Source: Lingula anatina
Lineage: Eukaryota > Animalia > Brachiopoda
Direction of reading: 5' to 3'
Assembly: GCA_051362555.1 (NCBI GenBank)
Contig: CM120640.1
Span: forward strand, 49,082,788-49,146,787
DNA: 64,000 nt
The notes under the pieces were generated by a model. That model saw nothing but the letters and a program-made list of their open reading frames with translations. It did no database searches and had not been told where the DNA came from. Positions within the stretch are counted from its first letter, which is position 1; every line of letters starts with the position of its first letter. The translations under genes were made by a program, and so were the position numbers. Of the stretch, positions 12,569 to 25,300 are shown piece after piece.

Positions 12569-15500
12569 ATGAGAGAGACGAAGAAGACGTGTTGTTTGGT
12601 GTTAATTTTCTGTGGTGCACTTTGTGGAATTGTCCTGACGTCTGTCAGTTTGGCGACAGAACACTGGGTGGAATCTAAACCAACTAGAGCAGTCAATAAA
12701 ACCGAGGAACTGTTTACTGAAGATTCCCAGGGTTCGGTTAATCTAGGCCTGTTTAGAGGCCAGAAGCAAGTGAAAGTTCTGAACTATAACCCAAAACCTG
12801 TGTGGGGTAAGTTTGATTTGTGCAGTCTCGGTTATAATGCAATGTGCCAAAGTAAAAAATATCCCAGTATTTATTTGATCGTTTAACTAATATGTGATCA
12901 GTGTTTAGAACACGTACTTATTTTTTAATAAAATAGCAAATTTGGAAATTTTAGAATAAAGGGAGAAATACTAGGTTTTGACTTCAAAAGGTTTTCACAC
13001 AAAGAACATCAACAGTTGTCCCAAAATAGTGCAACACAGTCCAACACAGCACAATACACTGAAAAAAAAAAAACAAATGCAGTCATCAGCAAACATGGAA
13101 AACGTTCATTCCGACAAAATAGGATGATACAAAAGCAAAATATATTACAACATAATCAATATTGTTGATAAAACTGAACAAATTTGCCCGTTTTGTTCAG
13201 TGTCGGTCAGCTGCCATGTTGGCCAGTGTCTCTTCTTAGATGGCAATATTGCCAAGTTAAATGAAGAGTGCTTTGTGGGTTATGTAAGTAGATAGAAACA
13301 TGAAATGTCAAAAGGAAAAAAGCAAATAGGATTTGCTAGTTTGCATGAATGACAAAGAGTGTTCCTTTTCAGTAATATGCTATTTTATGTAGGCATAAGA
13401 AACATGTCAGAGAGATAAAATGTGTCATCAGATGTAACAGGAATAGTTTCTGTGATGTATCAAAATGGTTATTAAAGATAGAGTAAGCATTACATCACAA
13501 TCATTGTAATTTTTAGTGGCATTTTGCTGTGTCACCACTAAAGATGTGTTTTAATACTTTTTAGAACAAGAAAATGCCACTTATTAAAGTACATGTACAT
13601 CAGTCTCTGGCTGCATGATACTGCATGATAAGTAGTCTTAAAAGAAGTACTAGTAATGCTTTCATAATGAGTGTCACTTAAAGTGTACATATTCACAGTT
13701 GTTGTCTCGTCTATGATTTACAAACCTCTTATGTTATTGTAATAGTTTAAGACAACATATTTATCATTAACTGAGCAATATTCAGATATTTGACATGCTG
13801 TTCGTATTGATCTTTAACTGCTTGTCGTGGAGTGATATGCCACCTAAGATCAAGTTGCTGGCACCTGCATTATTATTATTATTATTATTATGTGCCAGTT
13901 AGATGAATGAGAGACAGAAAGAAAGAGAAACATGTTTGTTGAAGCTCACTTGAGGAAAAGATTATATCTTTATATCTTGTAAGGTGTTTTGCTATTTCAT
14001 CAAGGCAACACAAAATATCAACTATCATGAAAGCTGCTTTATAAGTATTAGGTGAAGTCAATTTCCCAGTCCAGGTGGTAATTAAAACCATCCCTTAGCA
14101 GCCAAGGCCATTCCATTGGGATTTGACACTATATACTCTCATTGAATGTAAATTGGTCTAAGGCAAGCTCGCATCAATCATGGGAGCCCACCCAGTCAAT
14201 ATGTGGCACCTGCCTGTGACCTTAATAGCCACATAATGGCTAGAGGAAAAGATACCTTTATGGAGACTTCTGTCAAGCTACCCAAAATTTTGCAGCCATA
14301 CTGTGTAGTCTACCCAATCGATGACAGATTTGCACATATGTTATGTTTTATGAAATATTTTTTGCCATAAGTGTGCATGTGTCAGCTCAGTTTTGTTAGT
14401 CTAAAAAGTGTGCTACATGACATCTTGTGATCTTGATGATCTACAGATACCCAAGTTGGTATGAATGTGTGTTTTTGTCTTGGTTGTGTGTGTCACGAGT
14501 GAGATAAGATACAAATGAGCAACAGACAGGTGAGTTTCATACCAAGCCATTTGCTCATCATCAACAACTTTGTTTCAGCACATTGTATTTTCATTTCTGT
14601 GAGCACTATACTAAACTGCACATTTGTAGATTTGTTCTAGACGTGCTATTTATTTTTATTCTTTATTTTTATACACTGTTTTATTCTATGTGCTACTTTT
14701 TGTTCTTTTAGCTTTAAATGTAAGTTTTCTCAAGTTCTATAAATCTCAGATATATGGGTCATTCCACAGTATTATAATAATTACAGAGGCCCTTCAGGGG
14801 GAAGTTTGACTCCTTGTTTATGTTCATTATTACATCAATATTCATTATTACATCTTCTTTTAATCACACATTTGACATTTGCCTACAAAACAGGACTATT
14901 AAAGATTCAGTTAGCTATGTCATCATGAAGATGAAAACATTCAGTGTCATGGAATATATCAGAAGAGATGAAGCTTTGAAGTTATCGACAATTTTGCATG
15001 TTCTATTTACTGTAAAATGACATCTTGATGTGGCTTTTTGAATTCATTGGAAACCAGAGTTTATTGTTTGCTACTAACAATTTCTTAGAGCTTATGGTCT
15101 AAGATGACTTCACAAATGGGAAACTTTTTTATGACCATAATTTTAGGTATGACTTGACCCAACTATTTGAAAAATTCAGCAGAATGTGTTAATGGCTACT
15201 ACAACAGCAGGATTTTATTAAATAGCAGTCATTGTGTTTTCTAGCATATTTTGGTCATTATGCTTGTGGGTATAGAACATATTGAAAAAACATGAGGGTT
15301 TTCTGTTAAGAATAGAAAACATGAAAATTTAAATATTAAACCAGAAAAATATTATATGTAGAATTATAAAACTTAACAAGGTAAATGGTAAATATATTTC
15401 CTCCAATATTTTTCATTCTTTTTCTTGTACGTTAAAAATACTGTGGAATGGCCTTTATCATTTTTGCTTAAAGTAAATCTTCTTCAATTTTGTGTTCAAA

Positions 15501-16014
15501 AGCACCTGTTTTAAGAAATCACTGATATTTCACTGCCTTTCTAACATTGTATACTTTGAGTAAAATGTTTTTGATAATCATAGCAGGGAAAAATTATGGT
15601 GACATATATATACAGATACTTTTATCCAATTTTGTTGCTGTTGGTGTTATTTAGAATGAAAAAAATTAATTCTCTTCCAATGAAAACACCATGATAAAAA
15701 ATTATACATAAACCATCTATTTTTCTCTGCTTTGATATGTTTCCTCTTTGTTGTGTTTCATCTGATACTTATGTACTGTTTATTCTCTATTATTTTCTTT
15801 CTGTGTTTCACCCTCTTGTAGTTGTTTGCATACCTGACCAAGGAGTGTGTGGATTGAGCGGCTATGAGAACCCAGACATGCGCACGAAGGAAGTGGAAGA
15901 TTATATTAAAAATTTAACCAAATCCACAGACCAAGGTTCTTTTTGTCAGTTTATCAAAATTTAATGTTAGCTTCAGTAATTATACACCATTTTTTTGAAT
16001 GGGCATTAAAAAAT

Positions 16015-16052
<38 letters not shown>

Positions 16053-18908
16053 GAGGGGGGGTTGGAGTCACAAATTTGAGCATGTTTTATACTGATTTAG
16101 CTTTACGAGCTTTGTGCACTGGCATGGTCATTGACTTGATTAAATATCAAATATGTTCTTTTATCTAATTTTTTTCATTTGATTAAATATTATCATTGTA
16201 TGAAAAACATTTTTATTGCTATCTGTGATGATTTTAGGAAATGGATAGTTTTTATAAGTTGACTTTATCAAAGGTCACTTCTGGTATCTTAGATTCCATA
16301 GCCAGGTTTGTTAATCAAAGACTTACCAAATCAGCATGTTTTCAGATATGTTTTAGAGGCATTGATAAATATTTAAACATGAGTACATTTTGTAATTTTG
16401 ATCTTTTCTTGTTCTCAATTCTGAAACGAGTTTTAAATAACAGGAATTAAAAGTTGAATTGATGAGTGGAACAGGATAATAACTTGACAAATGAGGAAAC
16501 AGGCATAAGAACAGTGCAGTTGGAAAATAAACCTTTGGAAAAGTTTTTAAAAATTATTACTGTTCTGTTTATTAATATGTCTATAAGTATGTTGATTCTC
16601 TTTTGATTTTTATTTTGCATGCAAGCTTGCAAAAAGTTTTTTAAGTAATGCTTTGAATATTTTAGTATATTTTCTCATTTTTCACAATTCTAATTGGGCA
16701 CATTATGCACATAGCATAGAGAACTAAATTGCACTTTCGATACAGACTTTAAAATTAGCTTAACTTGTTTCCATCTAATGAAAGATAAATGAGTGTTGAA
16801 TAAACAGTTTGAAAATTAAATGAGATTGTTTCACTGTTAAATTCCAAGTCGGACAATCTGAAAACATTTAACCAGTGGCTGTTTATATAGGGCGGTGTTG
16901 CTAAATAACAAAACTGATAAAGTATAGTTGTTATCTAAATGTTGTTCAGAATGCTGAATTGTCTGGAATTTAACTTGTGACACAAATACCGTGACATATG
17001 TTTCATAATTCTTTTGTAATTTCAGTGTTCCAAAAAATTCAAGATGACGGGATATTGATGAGCTTCAACTTGTGGATATCCGTCCTGGTGTTTGCTGGGT
17101 TGGGTATAGTGTGGGGTCTCATCACCATCATCTTTAGCTGTATCAATCTGGCTACAACCCCTATAGAAACCATCACAGGACCAATGGGCCTTTATTTGTG
17201 GAATGCATTTGCTTGTGAGTTACACTTAGTTCAAAGATACTGTCCTGAAAAGATTAAATAAACTTCTTCTGCTGTAAAAAATGCTGCTTCTTAGCAAAAA
17301 AAGAAAAATTCAAAGGAAGAAATGCACAAAGATATTGGCCTTAAACATTCATGTTGATTATTTTTGGAGGCGATTTTAAGGCTGATAATTTTTACGGCTA
17401 TAGTAAGATATTATAAGACATTGATAGTCTGAGTGTATGTTTTCATAAGGGCTTAAGGTGCTTCTGTTTATCAGTAACAGCCAACTGTAGCTACGCCCAG
17501 ATGCAAATGTTTTTTCCCCAATACTGAGAGGTTTCTTGTTGATAAAAGGAAATAAAGGTTTTTTTATGCTTTGACGAATTGCTCTTTATATACCTTAAGA
17601 GTTTATGAACATAATTTCATATAGATGTTTTTGATAAATTACTCTAACAGCTGTAATTTTTTGTTCGCCAGGTACATTTCATTATACAGTGAAGTACAAA
17701 ATTTAAGGCACAATATTTGGGCTTGTCTTATGCCTCTTTAGATAACTTATATGCTGTCAGTCATTAAGAGAGCATTCACATCGAGAAGAGCCAAGGTCTA
17801 GAAAGGCCGAGGGCCCGAGACCTAAATATGGCTAACCTTCATTAAAGGAAGACCGCTAATCCTGTAATGGTCTCTCCGCCTCTCACACGCCTCCCCACGG
17901 TTGTCCCTCGACCGGTTGAAGTGAGCCAAGATTTGATTACTGTGCCCCTGCAGGGACAATGCGTGGGGAGGCGTGTGAGAGGCGGAGACACCATTACAGG
18001 ATTAGCGGTCTTCCTTTCATGTAGGTCTCTAAGATCATGTCTATTTTATATCAGATTTATTGCTAATGGAAAGCTGTAGATGGTGACTTAGTATTTTGGA
18101 GTGAAAATATAATTAATGGGTTTAATTTGTTTTAAGCCCTCCAAAACTATCTTAGAAAATAGTGTCTTTTTATGGCATTAACTGTAGATCTGAATTTCTT
18201 TAAAAGTGATTATAGAAAAAAGCTAAAAATGTTGTATGAGGGCATCACTTGTGCTGTAAAGCATTGTGTATCACAAAGCATTCGAATATTAATGACAGCA
18301 GTTCATCAGTAATTGTCACATGAGATGAACTATAATTGATTTCCAGTTCTACAACGTGAGAAAGATCAACTCATTTCAAGAAATGTAATGTTCATCCAAG
18401 GCTTTCTTTGAAACTTCATATAACATCCCACTTATGAGTATCATCATTGTCATCTCTCCATTATTAGTATAAATCATGCACTGGGACTCTCATCTTTATC
18501 ACAGTGTGATTTTAAAAAAAGAGGGGCCAAGCATTGTTTGGTATAGTTTTCCATTTTTAGTTTTTGTGAGTGTGATTATCAGTAATAATAGATTGATTTT
18601 GTTTTTTTAAATCACATCTTCTTTCTTTTTTCCTAGGCCTGTTTACCTTCATTACAGTCATCCTGTTTGTTGTGCTTTTCCTCACAGACCTAAAAAACAA
18701 TGTATTAGAAGCTAAAGAAATAGGTATTGGCTGGAGCTCAAAAGACAGAACAGAAGTTGGATATTCATTCTGGCTGATTGTAGCAGCAACACTGTGCTAT
18801 CTCTTAAACATTTTATTTGTCATAATTTCTGGAACACAGTGTAAAGTGTTCAGAAAAAGTAAGTCCCACGTGAACCAGAATGCCAGTGATGGAATGATGA
18901 TGTACTGA
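12569..18908 (+). CDS. CLRN: Clarin-family tetraspan membrane protein (~270 aa, 4 exons)
   Basis: Exons 12569-12806, 15822-15935, 17026-17214 and 18637-18908 join in frame. Clarin-like motifs: LATEHWV, GSVNLGLFRG, PIETITGPMGLYLWN, GYSFWLI, C-terminal DGMMMY. Specific vertebrate paralogue not assignable. Confidence 0.85.
17846..18015. mobile_element. 170-bp near-palindromic MITE, Kolobok-like
   Basis: ~63-bp TIRs AGGAAGACCGCTAATCCTGTAATGGT...ACCATTACAGGATTAGCGGTCTTCCT; flanks TTAA (left) and TTCA (right). Confidence 0.8.
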
Positions 18909-19875
18909 ACTAGTTGTTCAATGGGGACATTAAGGAATACAAATATTCACAGATGCCAATTATATTTTGATTAATTAAAGATAAAGACAACTGCCTTACA
19001 GACTACATGTACCTTGTAGGTGAGTCAAATCTATTCAGTAGATATGTACAACATGTCAGGTTGAGTGGAGGTTTCATTAAGTAGAACGACACATATCTCA
19101 CCAAGATAAAGCTGATAAGGTAGAGTAACCTGGACACTCCTCATTTTACATGTGTCAGTTCTATGATACCAGCATAGAGCACGAGACCAAGGTTTACATT
19201 CAGAAGACCACTGAACTAACCTCTTTTATATCTTTCATTTCGAGATTTCAGATAAAGTATTAAATTCACAGAGGCCCTTTAAGTAACACTTCTGTTTTTC
19301 TTAGAACTCATTTCATATTAAATGTATGTAATGAATTTTTAAAGTTTACGACTGTACCTCATTTGGATATGAATATTGATTTTTATAACAATTTTTATAC
19401 TGTCACTCTGAATTTGAATAACCTCTTTATTTGATTTACAATACAAAGTGTAACCATTCCTTAACAAAATGATGTTCACAATATTGACCCAAAAATACAT
19501 ATAGAGTCCCACTTTTACTGCACTAGACAGTCCAAATTGAAAGTATTGTTGGATTACTGTGGCTCTTCTCTAGACTTAATATAGAAATGTTTTTATGCAC
19601 TGTTTGATAGGTATTTTGCATGCTAGTGCACAAAAGATTAGAAGCAATTCATATTTGTGCATTATATATAATATATAATATGCTGCCATTGAGGTATTAC
19701 TTTACATTCTACAGTAGTCACTAGTCTGTCAGGATTTACCATGACATTATGCAGTATCATCAAACTATTATAGTCCCGAGGACTATCTCAAGAATATCTA
19801 GTTAGTTAATGATGGAGAAGGCCATAAAGTTAGATGTTACCAGTTCTGTAAAATTGCTGCCAATATGTTGATAGC

Positions 19876-20153
19876 CAGGGCCCTGGTTCACAAAGGACCT
19901 TACCAAAGTGGATGTAGCTAAGCCTGGTGATCTCAGACTGTCATGATCAGCTATGCAATGTCTAAGCGAAAGCAGTCCTAGACCATGAAGTCAGTTGATT
20001 CTTAAGGAGACATCTTAGATTCTAAGACTGTTGGAGTTTTGGTCCTAGGATATTGTTTTAAGACAGAAAAAGTGAAATAAGCAGCCCCTTGTTATGCTTC
20101 TGTTTTAAGTTGGCTTAACTTAAATCGTATAAATATTTTTGTGAAACAGGCCC
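19876..20153. mobile_element. Old MITE with degenerate TIRs downstream of the clarin stop codon
   Basis: GGGCCCTGGTTCACAAA ... TTTGTGAAACAGGCCC imperfect inverted ends; no clear TSD. Confidence 0.4.
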
Positions 20154-21506
20154 ATAATGTCTGGGGTGTGAGGATATTTATTCAGTTTAGATGAAATGTT
20201 GCAGGTGCTGATTTACTCTCATTAGACATGGAACCCATTTTTATAAATATTGATGCACTTCATGGTAGATACTCAGAATGAAGCTGATAATTTTATAGAA
20301 TGTGCTTCGGATCAATCAATGAAAAATGATAGAGAATCAGCAGTTGTAAAGAATTTGATACCATGAACATTGATGATTTGTTTTATAACCATATTATAAT
20401 ACATTGGGACCAATTCTGTTGATGTGATTTCTCTTAGAGAATTTCAAATATTTTTGTATGGTTCGTAATTGTTTACATTCCTTGAAATTTGATTGTTTAG
20501 ACTCCATATACCAGCATCTCTATATAACATTTTGTTGTCTCAGTACATTTTGTTTTGGCTTAATATTTAAATGTTTGTGGCTGGGATAGGGAGAAATATC
20601 AGCTTTATGTCACTCTTTATTGATTTAGAAGTATTTATGTATTTTCCTGTATTTTGTAGTCATATTTCATGTGATGATTATTATATTTATTATTAATAGT
20701 ATGACATTTATAAGAAGGGATTTTGAAGGCATATCAGAAAAAATGATGTAGATCAAGTAGCATAACAGTGTTTGAATATATTACAAGAAAGTCAATTAGT
20801 TTGTAGGTTGCAGCTTTAAAGTATGAAACTGGTAGTTAATGTGCATATTTTATCATGAAGGTCAATATATAATGTATGTGCTGCTGTTGTTTACAACAAG
20901 GAGTGACTCCAGCAGTTTTCCACAATGTTAGAGATGTTTGATTGATGAAATCGATACAGTGTTGTTAGCATGATTGATATGTCATGTTTTATGGATTAGA
21001 ACCAACAGATACAGTGTTGTATGAGTGAACTCTGCATAAAGGAATGAAAAAATGTGTACATTGAAACCCCTCTCACTTTTCAAATGTATATGTGCTATAG
21101 GTAAATGTAAAATTTGCTTTGGTGCTGGTGAACACAAATGAAAAACGCACAACAAAAATTTTAGCAAAGTTGTGTTTTATAGGTATGAAAAGGATTAGCT
21201 GGATTATGGGTTCCTTGTACCTTGTATGCCAATTTGTAGTTGCAGCTTGGAAAAATAAAGTTTCAATATTTTGGATACATAACACTCTTGCTAATTTTTT
21301 ATTTGTCTGATATATTTTTTTTTTTTTTTTAATTTATTTATTTGGGTGAGTGTGTTGGGGGGGGGGACAGTGAATGTACTATTGGAGATTATTAATCAAT
21401 GTTCCTCATTTTTTTTCTATGCATTTTAGGAAATACAACTGATAAGTTAATCTGTTTAATGATTATTTGATAAAAGGAAGGAAGGTAAAGAACCTTGAAA
21501 AATTAA

Positions 21507-21813
21507 AGGGATAACAACTCTTTGTATGAAATCTATATTTTACAATAAATAGGTTGGAAACAACTCGTAGATATTCTTTTTTTTACCACAAAAACAGCAG
21601 TTGTAGCAATAAATCTGAAATCTGTGCTTGCCATCCAACCACGTGACTTCCATAGATGGCTATGCTCTAAAAATCTCTTAAGAAATTATTACAAAAAAAG
21701 AAAAAAAAAAAAAAAAAACAGGGACTAACTTTGAATGTAGAAATGGATTCATTAACCATTAGTAAGTATGGGAAAATTCATTTTTTTGGCCAAAATGAAC
21801 ATTTGTTATCCCT
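21507..21813. mobile_element. Kolobok-like MITE, copy 1
   Basis: TTAA-AGGGATAACAA ... TTGTTATCCCT-TTAA; internal sequence homologous to 37802-38139. Confidence 0.85.
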
Positions 21814-21959
21814 TTAACTATGAGGGCCGATAACACCAGATTTAAGGTGTCTAGAACTGTCATCTGTGTTATATGGTTTAAATCGTCATCTTAGAAATAA
21901 TCAAGACAGACCTATTCAAGGTAAAGTTTCACAAACTGAAAAAAATCCTGGAATTAAGG

Positions 21960-22337
21960 AAATTGGATGTGTCAGGTGCATGTGTTCGTGGACGTGTAGC
22001 TCAACTATCCAAATCCTATTTTGAATGCATCCGCATGGAAATAATATACTACCGTTGCCTTAAAGTGGGCTTAAAACTTAAATAGTAGATACTTCGTGTG
22101 TTATTTTTCTATTTTCTATCTTTTTTTTTACGGAATCCCAATCTTCATTTTGACATTGATTCACTCCGGAGGGGGGAAGACGGAACACCCAAAACAAGCT
22201 CACTTCCGGTGCAGGTGGTGACGAGGGTATTGTTAGTGTTTACGGGTGGTGGACGGTTGTACATGTGGAGCAGTAGTTGTTAGCAGAAATGGCTATTTAC
22301 TGACGTTCTTGGGGTTAAATTTTATCCCTCTAACAAC
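21960..22337 (+). promoter_or_regulatory. SERINC promoter / 5' UTR
   Basis: CpG-retaining stretch with an ETS-type motif CACTTCCGGT at ~22201 just upstream of the first coding exon. Confidence 0.55.
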
Positions 22338-25300
22338 ATGTGCCAGTGTGCAGCCTGTTGCTGCACCCAGGTAAGAGAAATTACTATTACATGTCAGTTA
22401 ATTAAGTCTTTTTCTTGGCTTGAAACATCTGTCCCCTAGTGTCTGTGTTGACAACGGTTTAAGTTCCCTTACATGTTTGTATAAATTTAAAAAGCATCAG
22501 TTGAAATTGTTTGAGAACCCAGGAAATTTAATTCAACTTGGACTTATTGTGACCCTTTATTTTGATTGAATTAATGCCCTGCAAAGAATGACGTCTGAAA
22601 GCCCTGCATCTCACCCCCCCCTCCACGCCCAATGCACTTTCACACACAGTGCTATTTAGCAAGGAAATTTTGTTAACGTCCCGCCTTTTGCTCATTGCTG
22701 TTATTTTATCTATTTATTTTTTAACCTTAGCGTTTCTATTACCAGTTAAATGTTGGCATTGAACTGTTGTCCTCCTCCTAACCACCTACATATACCATAT
22801 ATAATATTTGAAAATTAAGTCTCAAACTAACCCAACATGCCCGATTATGTGATATGGTCTGTCAGAATGGGCTAGAACTGCTTTACAGATCTGAAAACAG
22901 TAGACTTAACATTGGTATTTTTACCATTATTTTACAAGGTATTGTACATGTGTTGTGTTAGTGGTCAGCCTAATCTGTTGGACTCTAGCATTAAATTTAT
23001 GGGGCTAGCTATCTCCTATGTCCTATTTAAAATATCTTGGATATATTTATGGTAGCTATCATTCTCCATGTCACATATCAGCCATATCTTTGGTGAAAAT
23101 AAAATAAAACTATTGATTAAATGAATTTATTTAAAAAAAGACATTGTTATGAAATGCTTTGAAAAGAGAAAGGTTTAATGGCAATCATACCAGCCTTAAA
23201 TATGGATGTTGCCATTGCGTGGTATAATTTTAAACAAGAAAGTGGGCAAGAATCCACTGGAGATATTGTTAACTTCATATTAATTACCAGTAATGGTGAA
23301 ACAGTTTGCAGATAGAATTTCACATTTGAAAGCAATACAAAAGAAACATGCAAAATATAGAAAACACTGTAATTCTATGGAACTTAAGAGAAAACAACGA
23401 GAAAATTAATATTATGTAATAAATCCATCGATTAATTCTGTCATCTTTTATTTGATGCTACACCTTTTTCAGTATTCTACAATTATTTCTGATCCCACTC
23501 CTCTCCAAATCTTGCAAAATTGCACTTATTTTAAGCTGAATCATAATTTGAATCAGACTTTGACCTATCTCAGATGATTCCCATTGTGGGACATCTGTGA
23601 GCATTATTGACATTTTTTCACGTGTACACCTGTAACATAATAGCACTTTTGTTTTTGTGATCAATATATTCACTGTGTAACACAAGTACATGTGTGTGAT
23701 AACATAGACACTAGATTTGATTTTTAATTTTTAAAGCCTCAAACTATATACATAAATTAAAACAATTTCTTCTGTTTATCAAATTAATTTAAATTTAGAT
23801 ATACATTGCATGAGTATTTCACTTTGCACCTTGAATGAGTGCTTGGCTTTAGTCCCTGGTGACTTATTGTATGCAGACTTGCATGTACATGGCAGTAATG
23901 ACAGCTTAACTGCTGTTTTGAGAAAATTGAAAATGTTCTTACTTTGATCTATTTAAGGTGAGTTTTATATGTGTGCTTAAGAGCATATATATTAGTATTC
24001 ACCCAGATATATGTACTACATTTCTTCTCTGATCCCATTGTACTGGAAACCCAAATATGATAACACAGCAGTAACGTATCTGACCCCTTCTTGAAATACA
24101 TCTTGTGTTAGATTATGGGGAGATGTGAACAGACATTCTTTTGGCACTATTCTTGTGGTGCTACAGACTATTTGACCTCCTGAGTATGCAAACAAAATTG
24201 ATTGCTGACATACATCTACTGTATGAGAACAGTCAATCCTGTAGGCATATGTAAAGTATATATGTTTTAGAAAACCATACTGTGGGAAAATGTTCCCACC
24301 AGAACCATGTAATTTAATTTTGTGTTAATCACTGTACCCTTGAGCATTCCCCAAAATGCCATATAAACGAAGTTTTGTCTTTGTTTTAGAAGTTGCATTT
24401 TGACAAATGGAAGGGTATTCAGGGGTCATGAGCTTGATTCTAAATTAACTTGATTTAAAAAATGACTCACAAATTAGTGGAAACTTGAGCTGATATGCCA
24501 TGAAAATTTCATGAATGTTAATGGTACTTACATCTTGGATCAGAGACGCTATAATCACCTATTTTGTTGTCCATGCATGAATCTCGGCTTTTTTTTTCTT
24601 TTTTTTTTTTTTGCCCCTTTCTTCAGTATCATTATGCTGCAGCATCTACTTTTTAAAAAAACATTGTTATGACAATTCCATTTAAATGAAGCAATTAGAT
24701 AAGCCCATACATTTTATGGGAACATCTCATACTCCGTAATGATTAAATGATTAAGTCAGTTAGTGACTTAATTATCATGCTCATTACTTAATTGACATGT
24801 AAATGTAGTATCATTAGATCTTGCACAGAAGTAAAAATGTGACATTCTATTTTTCCAGCCAGTCTTAATAGGATATTCGTGGATTATATTATTATAAAAA
24901 GTTACACTGATTCAGAAATTTTGCATGCAATATACTAGGCAATTCTCCATAACCCAAGAAGCACTTTCACACTAAAAAATTTGGAAGATTATAAAAATTT
25001 AAGTTGCATGTAAAAAGCAGTATTTTCCAGTTATTTATCTTATTTTTGGTCCAAGTACATCTTTACAATGAGTATGACATAAAAACATATTCTAAGGCTA
25101 TTACTACAGTTCTTAAACTACAGTGATAATTTTAAATTCTGTTTATTTAGAGATAGATGTTCATCCAATAATTATAATCTATATAATCGTGATTCATTTA
25201 GATATATTATCTGTTTGGTTGAAGGAAATTCTTTCTGTTTGGTTGAAGGATATTCTTCCTTGCTGCATATTGTATCATGATAAGATACATTCTTTATTGT

